Assembly: GCA_951406725.2 (NCBI GenBank)
Contig: OX597839.1
Coordinates: 13,888,001 to 13,952,000, forward strand
Source of the DNA: Octopus vulgaris
Lineage: Eukaryota
DNA: 64,000 bases
Reading direction: 5' to 3'
This document shows, one piece after another, positions 26,450 through 38,961 of the stretch (its first letter is position 1; each line of letters opens with the position of its first letter). Under the pieces are notes generated by a model, which was given only the letters and a program-made list of their open reading frames with translations, was not told where the DNA came from and ran no database searches. Made by a program: the position numbers and the translations under genes.

Positions 26450-26922
26450 GGATCTTTTCGGTTTGAACGGCAGTTTTTAAAAATAATTTCCACGTAACTA
26501 AACACTTTTAAACTTCGTATACTGGTAGAATGTGTTTATAAAACATCTTTTTCTCTTGGCTTTATTGAGAAAATTCTATAGTTTGTATGATATTTGTTGT
26601 TTTTTCTTCAATTTCTGCAATTTCAACCAATCAATGACGTCTATTGGGGTGAAAACATTCTGTGCCGTATGAATATGTCCCTCGTTTAAGAAACAGATTG
26701 GGTTTATATACATTTTTGAAGAAAAAAAGATACCCGTCCAACAACCCCACCCCTAACCCTAACCCTAACTAACCCCAACTAACCCCAACTAACTCTAACT
26801 AACCCTAACTCTAACTCTAAAACAGATTGAAATGCAATAGATCAATACTAGGGTCACAATTATGGGTGACAATTTCATATGACATCGCTAGAAAAAAACT
26901 GCCGTTCAAACCGAAAAGAACC
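26450..26922 (+). mobile_element. MITE with TIRs of about 29 bp and an 8-bp TSD (Merlin-like), nested in an older relative
   Basis: GGATCTTTTCGGTTTGAACGGCAGTTTTT...AAAAACTGCCGTTCAAACCGAAAAGAACC. TSD ACATCTTT at 26442-26449 and 26923-26930. Confidence 0.85.
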
Positions 26923-27670
26923 ACATCTTTTACTCTTGCCGTCGTTGAGAAAAATTCTGTATTTTGGAAGTTATTTTTTGTTAAAGTTGTCGTATTTCGG
27001 TCATTTCAACCAATCAATGAAGTGTATTCAGCAGAATAAAATTACTGCTGTTGTTTGTCAACAACAACTTCCGGATATACAAAGTGTATATCTGTCAAAC
27101 TGAATTTTTGTTTGCTTTTACTTTTCCTTCTTTTTTTTTCCTATCACTACCCTACGCGCGTAAGCAAAAGCAGGGTATTTTAATCACTCGTCTTTGTTTG
27201 TCTGCGTGTTTCCAAATTTACTGGAAAACGGCTGAACGAACTTTCACCACGTTTGGCAGAAATACTCATTGGATGAGTGGTTCGAAATGATGAACATTTG
27301 ATTTGATTATAGAAAAAAAAAAAAATTCAAAACTCGAAATTACAATTTTCCCGATAAGCAAATAGTCATATTATTTTGTTCACTTTCTTTTTCATATGAA
27401 TCGACCCTTGTCTGCGTGCGTATAGATCATGGTGTACCTATGCGCATATACACGTGTTGGTACATGCATACATATGTATACGACTCTGTGTATATGTGTG
27501 TGTATGTGTGTGTGTATGTGTGTATGTCTGTGTACTGGATCCGAGGGTTTCGTTTATTTACGTCTTGATTTCGTTATTTCACCGGAGTATAAATATAAAA
27601 CCTATAATGGTGATACTAAAGAAAAAGAATTACACCGACCCCAGTTTTTCATTGGTACTGAATTTATCGG

Positions 27671-27821
27671 CAGAAGCGTAGCTAGGGTGGAGCAAGCAGC
27701 ATACATGCCCTGGGCGCCATTTTGATGGGGCGCAATTTTGGCCAAGATCGTTTTGGTTGCTGGGGGGTGGGGGCAATTTTGATGCTTGCCCTGGGCACTA
27801 TTTACCCTAGCTACGCCCCTG
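27671..27821. mobile_element. hAT-type MITE inserted into a minus-strand S2 SINE (about 27630-27950)
   Basis: CAGAAGCGTAGCTAGGGT...ACCCTAGCTACGCCCCTG with 8-bp TSD TTTATCGG/TTTATCGA. Confidence 0.8.
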
Positions 27822-27964
27822 TTTATCGACCCCGAAAGGATGAGAGACAAAGTCAAAGTCAGCAGAATTTGAACTCAGAATATGAAGACGGATGAAATGT
27901 CGCTAAGTAGTTTTTCCGGCATGCTAACGATTATGTCCCCTCGCTGCCTCATTAACTCCTTAAT

Positions 27965-28180
27965 GATCCTTTATACTAGAGGCACAAGGACTGAAATTTT
28001 TGGGGAAGGGACTAGTCGATTAGATCGACACCAGTATGCAACTGGTACTTAATTCATTGATCCTGAAAGGATGAAAAGCAAAGTCAACCTTGGCGGAATT
28101 TGAACTCAGAATGTAGCGACAGACGAAGTACCACTAATCATTTCATCCTGCGTGCTAACGATTCTGCCAACTTTCCGTCT
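27965..28180 (-). mobile_element. SINE S2
   Basis: S2 body with the CCTTGTGCCTCTAGTATAAAGGATC tail variant. Confidence 0.75.
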
Positions 28181-28222
28181 TATTGACTCTTTAATACTAA
28201 AACTATATCTTTATTTATTTAT

Positions 28223-28513
28223 GCGCCCTTTTCAAGCCTAGCCAGGCTCATGGGTTTCTGTGGCGTATGTGTTCCCCCCAGCTGGACGGGACGCCAGTCC
28301 ATCGCAGCGTAACTTAGGAAACAGGAAGAGAGAGTGAGAGAAAGTTGGGGTGAAAGAGTACAACAGGGGTCGCCACCAACCCCCTGCCGGAGCCTCGTGG
28401 AGCTTTAGGTGTTTTCGCTCAATAAACACACACAACGCTCGGTCTGGGAATCGAAACCACGATCCTCCTACCGCGAGTCCACTGCCCTAACCACTGAGCC
28501 ATTGCGCCTCCAC
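28223..28513 (-). mobile_element. tRNA-derived SINE family S3
   Basis: Head GTGGAGGCGCAATGGCTCAGTGGTTAGGGCAG...TTTCGATTCCCAGACC. Confidence 0.8.
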
Positions 28514-29087
28514 ACTATAACTATACCCGTATCCTTAAACAACAAGACCCTTCTGGCTGCCTTTCTGTCATTTACCCGGCTGTCCTCCTTTAACAAAAGT
28601 CGCAATATATGTCAAAGCACCAAAATTTTGGGTCTCAGCTTATTTATTCCATTATTCCATAATTCTATGGGACCGGAATATTTGTAGACAAGGGAAGAAT
28701 AAAAAATGACGGCTTGACACGTTATAACCGTGTGAAAGTTATTGATATTAGAAATATAACATCAAAGTACTAAATGTCTTTAAGCTGCGTCTCTGTCTCT
28801 CAGCCTTGAAAGAAAACCATTTGTTCAGGGCTTAGAAATAACGGTGAATAGCTTGATAAAGAAGATTGATCAGGGTTTGAACTGGTTCTATTATGCTCCG
28901 TTTGGAGGGCTTAACTGTTCGCTTGTTTTCATTATTTTTAGGTTTCTATTAAAATATTTTTGTGAACATTGGGCGCGGCAATTTATTGAATTAGATAAAG
29001 TCAATATTGGTTTTGATACATACCAAAGCACTGTAAATATTCGTATAGGACCGTGTGAAACGCGAACACTCAGACAACAACAACGGA

Positions 29088-29285
29088 GTGGAGGCGCATT
29101 GGCCCAGTGGTTAGGGTAGCGGACTCGCGGTCGTAAGAACGCGGTTTCCATTCCCAGACCGGGCGTTGTGTGTGTTTATTAAGCAAAATCACCTAAGCTC
29201 CACGAGGCTCCGGCGGGATGGGGGTGGTGAATCCCGCTGTACCCGTTCACCCCAACTTTCTCTCACTCTTTCTTCCTACTTCTGT
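29088..29285 (+). mobile_element. SINE S3 5' part
   Basis: Same head as 31122. Confidence 0.78.
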
Positions 29286-29632
29286 CACAAAGCAGAGGAA
29301 TCATAGTGTAACCCACTATGGTGTGGTAAAACTTACAGACTCTAGTTTAGATTGTGAATCCTCTGTACCCCAGGATGTTTCAGCTAGCCACCCGTTAAAA
29401 GCCACCGTTTACGAAATGAGGATAACAACGTAGCTTTCGCGTCCATGCAACTGCAAGTCTACCGCGTGTGGTGGGTGGATCTTCAAGTTGCCACACGCAT
29501 TCTTAGTAGCTTAGAGTAGGCTCGAATTAGAGGTTATTCTTTGTAGCTAATGGCGTGAGTCCTGATTGGAAGAAGAAGACAACAATGCAAACGTACAAGT
29601 GTATGTGCATGTGTGTATGTATATATATATAT

Positions 29633-29671
<39 letters not shown>

Positions 29672-29873
29672 GAGAGAGAGAAGCAGAAAGATACATATAT
29701 AGAGTGCAATAGGTAAATTGTCACCATTTTATATTTATATTTCGCGCATGCGCATTACTTGATTTTAATTTTATCGACTACACAGTATAGTAGGGTCAGC
29801 TGGGCACGGTCTGTGAGAAAAACAGCACCATGACGCAATTCACTCTGCAGAAATTTGGAAATGACGCGCTGTA

Positions 29874-30978
29874 CTGATGGGCCGGGAGCTTTTCCTGGCT
29901 TCATTCCCTTAATTGCCTTAACTACTACGGAGCTATCTATACGGATAGATGGTCCTTCTACTGGGTCAACATTTGGCAGGCTCTCCTCCTCCCACTCATT
30001 CTCCACATTCAGCAGTCTCACATAGTGGCTTCTCCAAGCCTTTTTCTTTTCAGAATCACAAAAAGCAAGTGTCCCATCATCCATTCGAACACATTTCTCC
30101 CCAGTGACATCACAATTTTCTCTCACACACTGTCTTGCAATCCGAAATACCTCAGTTCATTGGTCCTCACGTCTCTGGACATTGGCAAACTTCTTCTTTT
30201 CCGCTACGCTCTTGGCTATGTATACCTGCCGCCTAGCCTCCCTTCTGGCTACCTGGTACCATTCCCTGCTACCCCCATCCTTCCAGGCTTTCCAGGCTTG
30301 TTTCTTTGCCCTGATGGCCTTGTCTACTGTACTATTCCACCGCCATGTAACTCTAGGTCTGGAAGGGACTTTGCACCAGCCACAGACTTGGTCTGTGGCG
30401 CTCAGTAAGCTGTCCCGTAGGAATTTCCAACTACCTTCTATGTCCGATGTCTGTAGCTCCTCCTCCCTCTCCTCAAATTTCTTGATGAGGATGTCCCTAA
30501 ATCTCTGACCATGTGAAGGGTTCTTTAGCTTCCAAATCCTTCTTTTTTGGATTGGTTTGCTTCTTGGTAGCCTTCTGGCCTCGAGCCTAAAGTCACTAAT
30601 GACTAGCCTATGCTGGGGGGTACATTCTTCACCCGGGAGGGTCTTTGCATTTAACAGCAACCCTGCGTCCCGCTGTCTGGTGAGGATGAAATCAATCTAG
30701 CTAGAAGAGTCCCCTGATTGATAGGTTACCAGGTGGCTGTCTGGCTTCCTGAAGTTAGTGTTGCAGATTAGAAGGTTACATGCATCACAGAATTCCAGTA
30801 GCCTAGTTCCCTCATCGTTTCGAGTGCCAATACCACAGCCACCGTGTACCCCAGTGAAGATACCTGCTTCCTGCCCGACATGCCCATTAAAGTCTCCAGC
30901 CACAAAGATGAGGTCATTGCCACTCGTCTTTGAGGTAGCCTGTAGAAGGGTGTCATAAAAGTGGTCCTTCTGATCATT
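29874..30978 (-). pseudogene. RTE-clade LINE fragment (APE endonuclease to start of RT)
   Basis: VAGDFNGHVG, GTRNDEGTRLLEFC, NTNFRKP, IDFIL, QHRLVISDF and MKPGKAPGPS, with stops and a frameshift. Confidence 0.9.
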
Positions 30979-31121
30979 TCTAGAATTCCCACTGTTTAAT
31001 TCCACTTCTATTAGAATATCGTCCCAAAGCAAACTTGCTTGTTCGTGGCGCTAAACTCGCTTCCGGTTGCAGCTTACTGTTTAAAAACCCTTAGTCTCAT
31101 TGTGCTTCCTCCATTCCTTTA

Positions 31122-31507
31122 GTGGAGGCGCAATGGCCCAGTGGTTAGGGCAGCGGACTCGCGGTCATAGGATCGCGGTTTCGATTCCCAGACCGGGCGT
31201 TGTGAGTGTTTCTTGAGCGAAAACACCTAAAAGCTCCACGAGGCTCCGGCAGGGGATGGTGGTGATCCCTGCTGTACTCTTTCACCACAACTTTCTCTCA
31301 CTCTTACTTCCTGTTTCTGTTGTACCTGTATTTCAAAGGGCCGGCCTTGTCACTCTCTGTGTCACGCTCAATATCCCCGAGAACTACGTTAAGGGTACAC
31401 GTGTCTGTGGAGTGCACAGCCACTTACACGTTAATTTCACGAGAAGGCTGTTCCGTTGATTCGGATCAACCGGAACCCTCGTCGTCGTAACCGACGGAGT
31501 GCTTCCA
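31122..31507 (+). mobile_element. Full-length SINE S3 with 11-bp TSD
   Basis: TSD CCATTCCTTTA at 31111-31121 and 31508-31518. Confidence 0.88.
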
Positions 31508-31780
31508 CCATTCCTTTACCGAACGATGTCCGAGACGATGAGCTAAGACTATTTCTTTCTTCTATCTCATTTTCCCATTCCTGGTTTCATTTCGCCGTTA
31601 ATACCTTAAATGTTTAATTACTAATCAGCTTGTATGTTTCTTTTTTCTACCAAGTGTTAATTATCGGCAATGCCCCTCCCCCACAAGATAAAATTAATTT
31701 CTAGAATTTCGTTAAGTAAATTATTCGTTCCCCCACTGTTTAATTCCTTTTCTATTAGAATATCGTCCCAAAGCAAACTT

Positions 31781-31832
<52 letters not shown>

Positions 31833-31884
31833 TCTCTCTCTCGCACTCTCTGTCATACTCTCTCTCTCACTCTCTCTTTCCCTC

Positions 31885-31924
<40 letters not shown>

Positions 31925-32148
31925 AGATATATATATATATATGATAGATATATAGATATATGATAGATAGATATATGATAGATAGATAGATAGATAACTT
32001 TTTATTGTAGCTACACAGGGCTAAACACAGAATAAAAATGGACGAAATACAATGTAGAATTTTTCTTTTCGAGGTGGGATGGGTGGGGCACAAAAAAAAA
32101 ACACGTTTGATCAATAGGGATCTGTGGGTTGTGTGGTGTATAAAAAGG

Positions 32149-32215
<67 letters not shown>

Positions 32216-32331
32216 TCACAGTTTAGGTGTAGCCTTGGAAAGGAAAACCTACAAAAAAGACCAAGGTCACCTCAGACAATTCGAAAAAGAACACATGAGT
32301 AAGTTGCCTTACTTCTCGTTGTCTCTTTTGG

Positions 32332-35300
32332 TTACAGATTTATGCTTAAAATAGTGTCGTCTTTCATACTGACCATTTTTGCCACTTTTACCCACTTTTT
32401 ATTAAAACATTCGTTCGACAAAGCCTTCCTCTCTATTCTCATCCTCCTTTTCAAGTGGTGCTTGAAAAAGTTGACGAGAGACTGACCAGAGAGGAAGGTG
32501 TTTGTTTGCAGTCCTTTCAAACGCGTCCACCACACACATTCTTTCGCCATAGCCATCAGCGTAACGAAAACCGTTTTCCCTTCCCGTTTAAAGGAAGGTG
32601 GTGGAACAATAACCACGATAGACTCGGCCGATAGGCGAGTCCGACCTACACGTGACAACAGCTGTTTGACGAAGGACCACAGCTCTGAAATATCTGGACA
32701 CTGCACGAGTGCGTGCAGAACGGTTTCGTCGCTCTGACCGCATCTCGGGCAGGTCGGTCCGGCGATGGTTTTCGAACCGTGTCTGTAGCTCTTCTCTCGA
32801 ACAGGTAGTGCGTCTCGATAGCACTGCCAAGCCAGGGATTTCTAGAAGTTATCCATAGGCCCCGGCCCGAACGTCGTCCTGAACAGGCGGGTTAGGAATT
32901 CTTCGTCGACGCCCAGATTTGCCCCGAGTGTGTCGTCGGACCTCCCCTCCACTAGTCCTCTATAGAACGCTTTAGTCGCTTATAAGTTGCACAAGTTTGA
33001 CCCCGGTCAGCAGAGCTGCTGTAGAGCTTGGCGACACTCTCGGTGCCAATCGCCCAGTTTCGGTCTCTTTTTGATCCACGTTTGCAGTTCGGTCAGTGAG
33101 ACGAGCTGCGGGAAGTCGCGCCTCACAAACGGCGCCCACACCTGTTCACCGTCGTCGATGAATTTCCAGAGATGTCGCAGTCTCAGCGCATGCCTGCGCA
33201 TCATCAACCACGGCATGCCCAGTCCTCCATTCAACGGATGTTGACAGCAAATGGACTTCCTCACCATCGGAACGCCACCCTTCCACAGGAAGCGGAAGAG
33301 TATGCGTTCCAGTTTGGTGATGGTGGCGTCGGGACAAGGTACGACGGTCAGGCGGTAATCGATGACGGATGCGATGTACGCGTTCGCCACCTCCGCCCGG
33401 CCTTTTAGAGACAGCTTTCTCTCGGCCCATGTTTGGCTGAGAGCGACCACTCTACTCGTGATCTCGTCCCAGTTCTTATCCATTTGGAGGTCCGGACTGA
33501 ACCAGACCCCGAGCAATTTAACCGGTCCGTCCGTCCAGCGTCCCACTACTGAGCCGCAGTCGGACGGCATGGGCTTGCTTCTCCAGGTGCCGAGTAGCAA
33601 ACCCACTGACTTTTCCGGGTTAATCTTTGCTCCCGTCACCGTTTCGTATTTTCTTAGTGTCTCGCCTATCATCTTGATGTGTTTGTCGCTCGACACTATG
33701 ACGGTGACATCGTCCGCATATGCCGACACGCTCGTCCCGCAACCCAGTTCCCGTGGGATGCCCCTCAGTGTCGCCAGCTTCCGCAGTAGCGGCTCGAGAG
33801 TCAATACATACAGAAGCGCCGACAGGGACACCCCTGACGGACCGAACGCGTGATGTCAAACGGTTTCGACAGGTGACCGTTCACCCGAATCACCGATCGG
33901 ATGCCGCTATACAAGGCAGCGATCCAACCGCGGAAGACGGGACCGAAGCCAGCCGCCCTGAGGACGGCCGCCAAGTACCGATGGTCGACCCTATCGAAGG
34001 CTTTAGACTGATCCAAATTTATCAGCGCCCCACCCATGCCAGGATCCTTAACTACCCTGTCCACAATGTAGCGCATCAGATGGAGGTTGTCATGTATGGT
34101 TCTGCCCGGCACGGTGCATGTTTGCGCCCGTCGACCAGTTTACCAATGACAAGCGCCAACCTCTCGGCTATTACTTTGGCCAAAATTTTCAAATCTGCGT
34201 TGAGCAGAGTGATGGGCCTGAAATTATCTATAAAATTCCCCTTGTTTGGGTCTTTCTTCAGCAACGTCACTGCACCTCGGCTCACGAAACCGGGGATTCT
34301 CCCGTTTTGTTGCCAGTTGCAGTAGACTGATGCCAAGAGGTCGCCAAACAAGTCTGGCATTCGACAATACAGCTCGTAGGGTAAACCATCCAATCCAGGC
34401 GACTTATCCCTCGCGCAGCCCGCCATCGCATCCCACACGTCAGCGGCTGTAATGGGACTTTCACAACACTCCGCTTCTCTTGCCGAGAGCCGCGGCAGGT
34501 CGGTCAGGTAGGCACTGAAATCCATCCCGCGTTCCGACCCACCACTCGCACCAAACAGTCGAGCAAAGTGCTGTTGAAAGGCCTCACACATCCTTTCGGG
34601 TTCGAGTAAACTGCATCCCTGTTGATCTATTAGAGACCGAATGGTGGCTCTGTTGTCACGCTGCGCCTCCGCTACCCGGGCCTCTCGCGCAGCTTCAATC
34701 CCTTCGTTCCTTAAGGCACGCATTTTAGCTCTGACGACGCAACCTTCGTGCTTGGCGTTGAGGTGTTGGTCGAGGGCCATCCTCGCAGCCAGCACGCCTC
34801 TTCTAGTTTCTTAACCAAGTCTCCCTCTACTCTATTTCGTTTTATCGCTAATTCCTTGCTAAACCTAATTGATTCCGATTGTCATTTTCAGGGCGTACCA
34901 CCAGCGGTTGTTAACGACTGCTCCCGTCAGCGCCCTCTTAATTAACTCGCTAATCCGGTTCCTGTAAACCTGTCGCGCTAACAGCGACGTGTTAAGTTTC
35001 CAGTAACCGGGACCCTGCCTATGTGTTTTATCTAAGTCGAGCGTACACGTAACAAATTTGTGATATGTGTAGCTGACTATTTTAAATTGTGGACATCCTA
35101 CACTATCCCTATCCGCTGTCCTGCATAGAATTCTATCTAGATAAGATCTCGACGATCCGACGCGGTTTGTCCAAGTCCACGTTGGCACGTTCGGATGGTC
35201 GAGTCGGAACCTGTCAGACAAATGGAAACGTCTGAGCAGGTCTTTGAGGCTCTTACACTCCCTTCTATTCCTATCCCTTCCCACATAATCTAGATGCGTG

Positions 35301-35749
35301 TCCAAGTTAGCGTTCCAATCCCCTACTAACAGTAAAGGTCTAGACGTACCCAGGAAAACCTCTAGACGTCTGAAGAAATCCGCCCGACCCGTTAAGGACG
35401 GTGCATAAACTGCCATCAGACGGAATGCACACCCATTTCTGCCATCCACGTCGAAGACAACCAGCCTACCCTCCGGGTCTAGGAATATTGCTCTTACTTT
35501 TACCTTTAGACTCTTTCGAAAAAGCACCGCAGTACCTCCACCACCCATGTTCGACAGACAAGGAGAAAAATAAATGTCAAATTGATTGCCAAACATGGAC
35601 TCGAAGGCCCGCGGCTTACTGAGTCTGGTTTCACTGATAGCTACTATATCCACATCCAGTGACTTGATGTCGTTTAGAAGGTAACCTTGCTTCCAAGCCG
35701 ACGCCAAGCCACGCGCATTCACACAACCTAATTTAAGCATACTTGACAT
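32332..35749 (-). pseudogene. Element A ORF2: APE endonuclease, reverse transcriptase and C-terminal Zn finger, frameshifted
   Basis: GCVNARGL, AISETR, VGDWN, SYLDRIL, PGYWKLN, KSPGLDGLP, NFRPITLLN, DQSKAFDRV, VRQGCP and AYADD, split over several ORFs. Confidence 0.93.
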
Positions 35750-35806
35750 TTACGAAAATTGTGTTTTACACACTACATTAGAAGAGACAAGAAGCAAGAA
35801 GGGAGG

Positions 35807-37198
35807 TCACTTACTCATTCTAAAAGTTTCATTTTTTTCTTCTTCTTTTGTATTGTTTTTGATGAGGTGTTTGTATAGTTTTTTCGACAGGTATCGTTGA
35901 TACCCGCCTACCGCATTCGGAAATATTGTTTTCAGTATGTGGTGTTGTGCTTGTGTTATGTGTAAAATTCTGATGTGTTTCGGTGGTGTGGTGTGCGGAT
36001 GATTGTTTGTCTTAAAGTCATCTTCACAGATGACCATGTTGGATGTGATGTAGTCCATTAATTCTTTATTGTCTGTGTCTATTGCAGTTAGTTGTGTGTG
36101 TGGTTTTACGGGTTCATTACTTTTTTGATTGTCTAGGGGGATGTTGTCCTGTGTTAGATATCTCCCTGCTTTACTTCCTTGTTTGGTGGATTTTTTGGAT
36201 ATTTTTCTTTTACCCCCTGTGGCTATTTGCCATTCCGTCGAATTTTCGTCGTCAGACGTATCAGTATGGGGTAGAGGCAAAGCATTTGCATTACTATGTA
36301 TGCTTGTATAAATTGTTGATGTTTTGTGCGGTGTTTGTGTTGTTGTGGTGTTAGGGGTAGCATTTGTCTTCTCGTCACTGTTTTCTGTCTTTTTAATTGT
36401 CGTCCTAGGTGTGGGTGTTGGTCTATTTTTTGTTGATTCAACATGTTTAATTGGTTGTGACGTCAACGGTGATTGTGTTGGTAGTTTCTTTTCTTGGTGA
36501 TGTTGTTGTGGTTTGTTTGCTGGTTTGTTGTTTTTCTTGGCATTGTTCCATAATTGAATGTGTTGGTGTTGGTGTTGGCAACAAAGGGATTTTATTTGTT
36601 TTCTGATTTGTTCTTTCTGTACCAGATCGCACTTGGCAATTAAATGTTCGGGGCTGCCACATTTGTAGCATCTAGGCTTTTTGCCTTCTGCCACAACATA
36701 TAGGCATTGCCCATTTTCTAAGTGGATCTTATCCGGTAGGCTCTCGATAGAGGCCCCCTCAATCTGTATGGTCACCACTATTGTCTTCCCACCCCAAATG
36801 TCGCCAAGGTACACGGCGGTTTCCAAAATGTTGATATTTCTTAAATGGTAACAGATTGCCCCTGTTATCCATTTGTTAGGAATCTCGGGAGGTACATTTT
36901 TAATAGTGATTCGACTCACTCTCTGGTTTTTATAGTATGGGACCATGATGATTTCATCATTTCCCAGAGACTCAGTAGAGTGAGCTTTTGCCACTTCCTG
37001 GTTAGGGAAGCGGACCACTACTGTGTTAAACTGGGGACCCCAGTTTATATATTCTTTTTCTTTCATTATGTTTTTTAAGCATTTTTGTACATCTGTTTTT
37101 GTAATCTGTTCATTTAGTTTTTTGTTTTTCCTTATAATTTTATAAATAATTGTCATATTTTCTATTTCTTGCTTTATGTGTTGAGGTGTATGTAGCAC
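35807..37198 (-). CDS. Element A ORF1 with CCHC zinc knuckle; N-terminus probably in 37297..37683
   Basis: AEGKKPRCYKCGSPEHLIAKC, homologous to the other ORF1s, and directly upstream of ORF2. Confidence 0.8.
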   Translation of the reverse strand: MLHTPQHIKQEIENMTIIYKIIRKNKKLNEQITKTDVQKCLKNIMKEKEYINWGPQFNTVVVRFPNQEVAKAHSTESLGNDEIIMVPYYKNQRVSRITIKNVPPEIPNKWITGAICYHLRNINILETAVYLGDIWGGKTIVVTIQIEGASIESLPDKIHLENGQCLYVVAEGKKPRCYKCGSPEHLIAKCDLVQKEQIRKQIKSLCCQHQHQHIQLWNNAKKNNKPANKPQQHHQEKKLPTQSPLTSQPIKHVESTKNRPTPTPRTTIKKTENSDEKTNATPNTTTTQTPHKTSTIYTSIHSNANALPLPHTDTSDDENSTEWQIATGGKRKISKKSTKQGSKAGRYLTQDNIPLDNQKSNEPVKPHTQLTAIDTDNKELMDYITSNMVICEDDFKTNNHPHTTPPKHIRILHITQAQHHILKTIFPNAVGGYQRYLSKKLYKHLIKNNTKEEEKNETFRMSK

Positions 37199-37869
37199 TA
37201 AATCTTGTCCACGGGTTGTAAAGAGAGCTCTTGTTTCTATGAGCTCTTCATTTGTAAATGTTACAATCTCCTTCTGGCGAAGAGTGTCAGCGAAATTTAC
37301 TGGTGTTGTTTTTTTGTATTAACATCTTCACTATTAGATAGTTCATTTTTATTGTTGTTCTTGTTGTTGCTGTTGTTTTTGTCAATAGTTTTCGTGTGAG
37401 TTTTATTTTTATCATTTCTGTTGGTGGTGGTGGTGGTGGTGGTGGTGGTGGTGGTGGAGGTGGTGGTTGTAGCAGTAGTAGTCTCGTGGTTGCTGTTGTT
37501 AGTGGTGGTGGTGGCGGTGGTGACAGGGCTGTTACCGCACGTGGTTGCAGCGTTTATTTCACCGATATTCATGTTTGCATTTGGCGTGCGTACGTTCTTT
37601 TTTTCTCCTAGTGTTTCCAAACTAGGAAAATGCTGGTCCATAAAGGAACGCGACCAGCGTTCTACAATAAAATTTCTCGACATTTTCTAATGTCGAGAAG
37701 AAAATTACAGAAATGAAATGGGGTTGAAGCGAATTCCTCCCTTGGAAAAGCACTCAAACGAAAGTTGGGTGCCTTACACAACTTATTTACAAAAATGTAC
37801 ACAAAAATTGGGCTATAAATAGTCAAAATAAACGATTACCTTCGGAGCCGAGGTGACAACACGTCAGTC

Positions 37870-37944
<75 letters not shown>
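37870..37944. repeat. (GATA)n microsatellite flanking the element A 5' end
   Basis: Pure GATA run. A degenerate GATA run at about 31921-31996 lies on the other side. Confidence 0.97.
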
Positions 37945-38253
37945 GTGTGTGTGTAGACGCAGGCTCAGCTGTGTGCATAACAAGCCCGATTCCAAAATCT
38001 CATGGTCTTGAGTTCAGTGCCATTGCGCGGCAAATCTCTTTTTCTTTTATTACGGTCCTGGTCCACCAAAAACTTTATGAGTGGATTTAGTGCACGGAAA
38101 CTGAAAGAAGGTCTCCATGGCAGTTCGGCCACATAGAAACCGATTGCATAGAAAAACTAAAAATAAAAAAAAAATAAGTACTGGCACCGATTTGTGAGAT
38201 TAAAGCCGTCAAGGCAGTGTCCCAGTACGGTCGGTCTAATGAGACGATAAAAA

Positions 38254-38342
38254 GTCTTTCAAGGGAAATAACTCTAGCTCTACTATTAAATACTCCTACG
38301 ACGTATTTAATAGTAGAGCTCGAGTTATTTCCCTTGAAAGAC
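38254..38342. repeat. Hairpin inverted repeat with 40-bp arms
   Basis: GTCTTTCAAGGGAAATAACTC...GAGTTATTTCCCTTGAAAGAC. Confidence 0.88.
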
Positions 38343-38961
38343 AAAATTATCGTATCGTTAACAAACTCCATTTCAAATGTATGTTTTTCATTGTGATTCT
38401 TTGTTTCTTTACTAGCCACAAGGACCCAAAATAGAAGGGGACAAACAAGGACAGACAGGACACCACAGAGGGGACAAAATATAAAACGAATATGAATGAG
38501 ATGATTATATAGCAATGAGGTTATGAATGGCTACATGCGCCCCTCATCACGTGCAGTACTATTAATCTTTTTTTTTTTACAGTCCATTTTTATCATGTAC
38601 AAGCAATATCGCCCGGCGTTGCTCAAACCTTTAGAATTGGAATTTTTGAAAAGTAAAAAATTTGCATTATGTAGCTTGTTATTCTCTTTAAGTGAACATT
38701 TTTCTGGTTGAAATACACCGAAAAATGACGACACAGTAATAACAAAATCGTAAAAAATAGGGATTTTCATAGAAAAAAAGCACTTTTTGATGTAAATAAT
38801 TTTTGGTCTTAACATTTGAATTTTTTGAATTTTTTCTTCTACGATTTAAATTTTTTCTTCCACAGAAGGAAGAGCAAGCCTTCTTCTACCATACTCTCAA
38901 TTTTGGTCAACTTGCGCCGCAGGGTTTCGGAGAAGATAGTGTTAGTTGAAGGCTACCAACC

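Larger units (their letters stand above)
31997..37869 (-). mobile_element. Element A: full-length, decayed Tx1/L1-clade LINE inserted in (GATA)n
   Basis: 5' UTR, ORF1, ORF2 (EN-RT-CCHC) and a 3' end TTTAGCCCTGTGTAGCTACAATAAAAAGT. (GATA)n lies on both sides. Confidence 0.92.

Noticed and set aside
26751-26820. Telomere or chromosome fusion scar
   Set aside because: The repeats are short, degenerate and internal to a MITE present in several copies.
31122-31195. tRNA gene
   Set aside because: A and B boxes are present, but the sequence continues into a SINE body bounded by a TSD.
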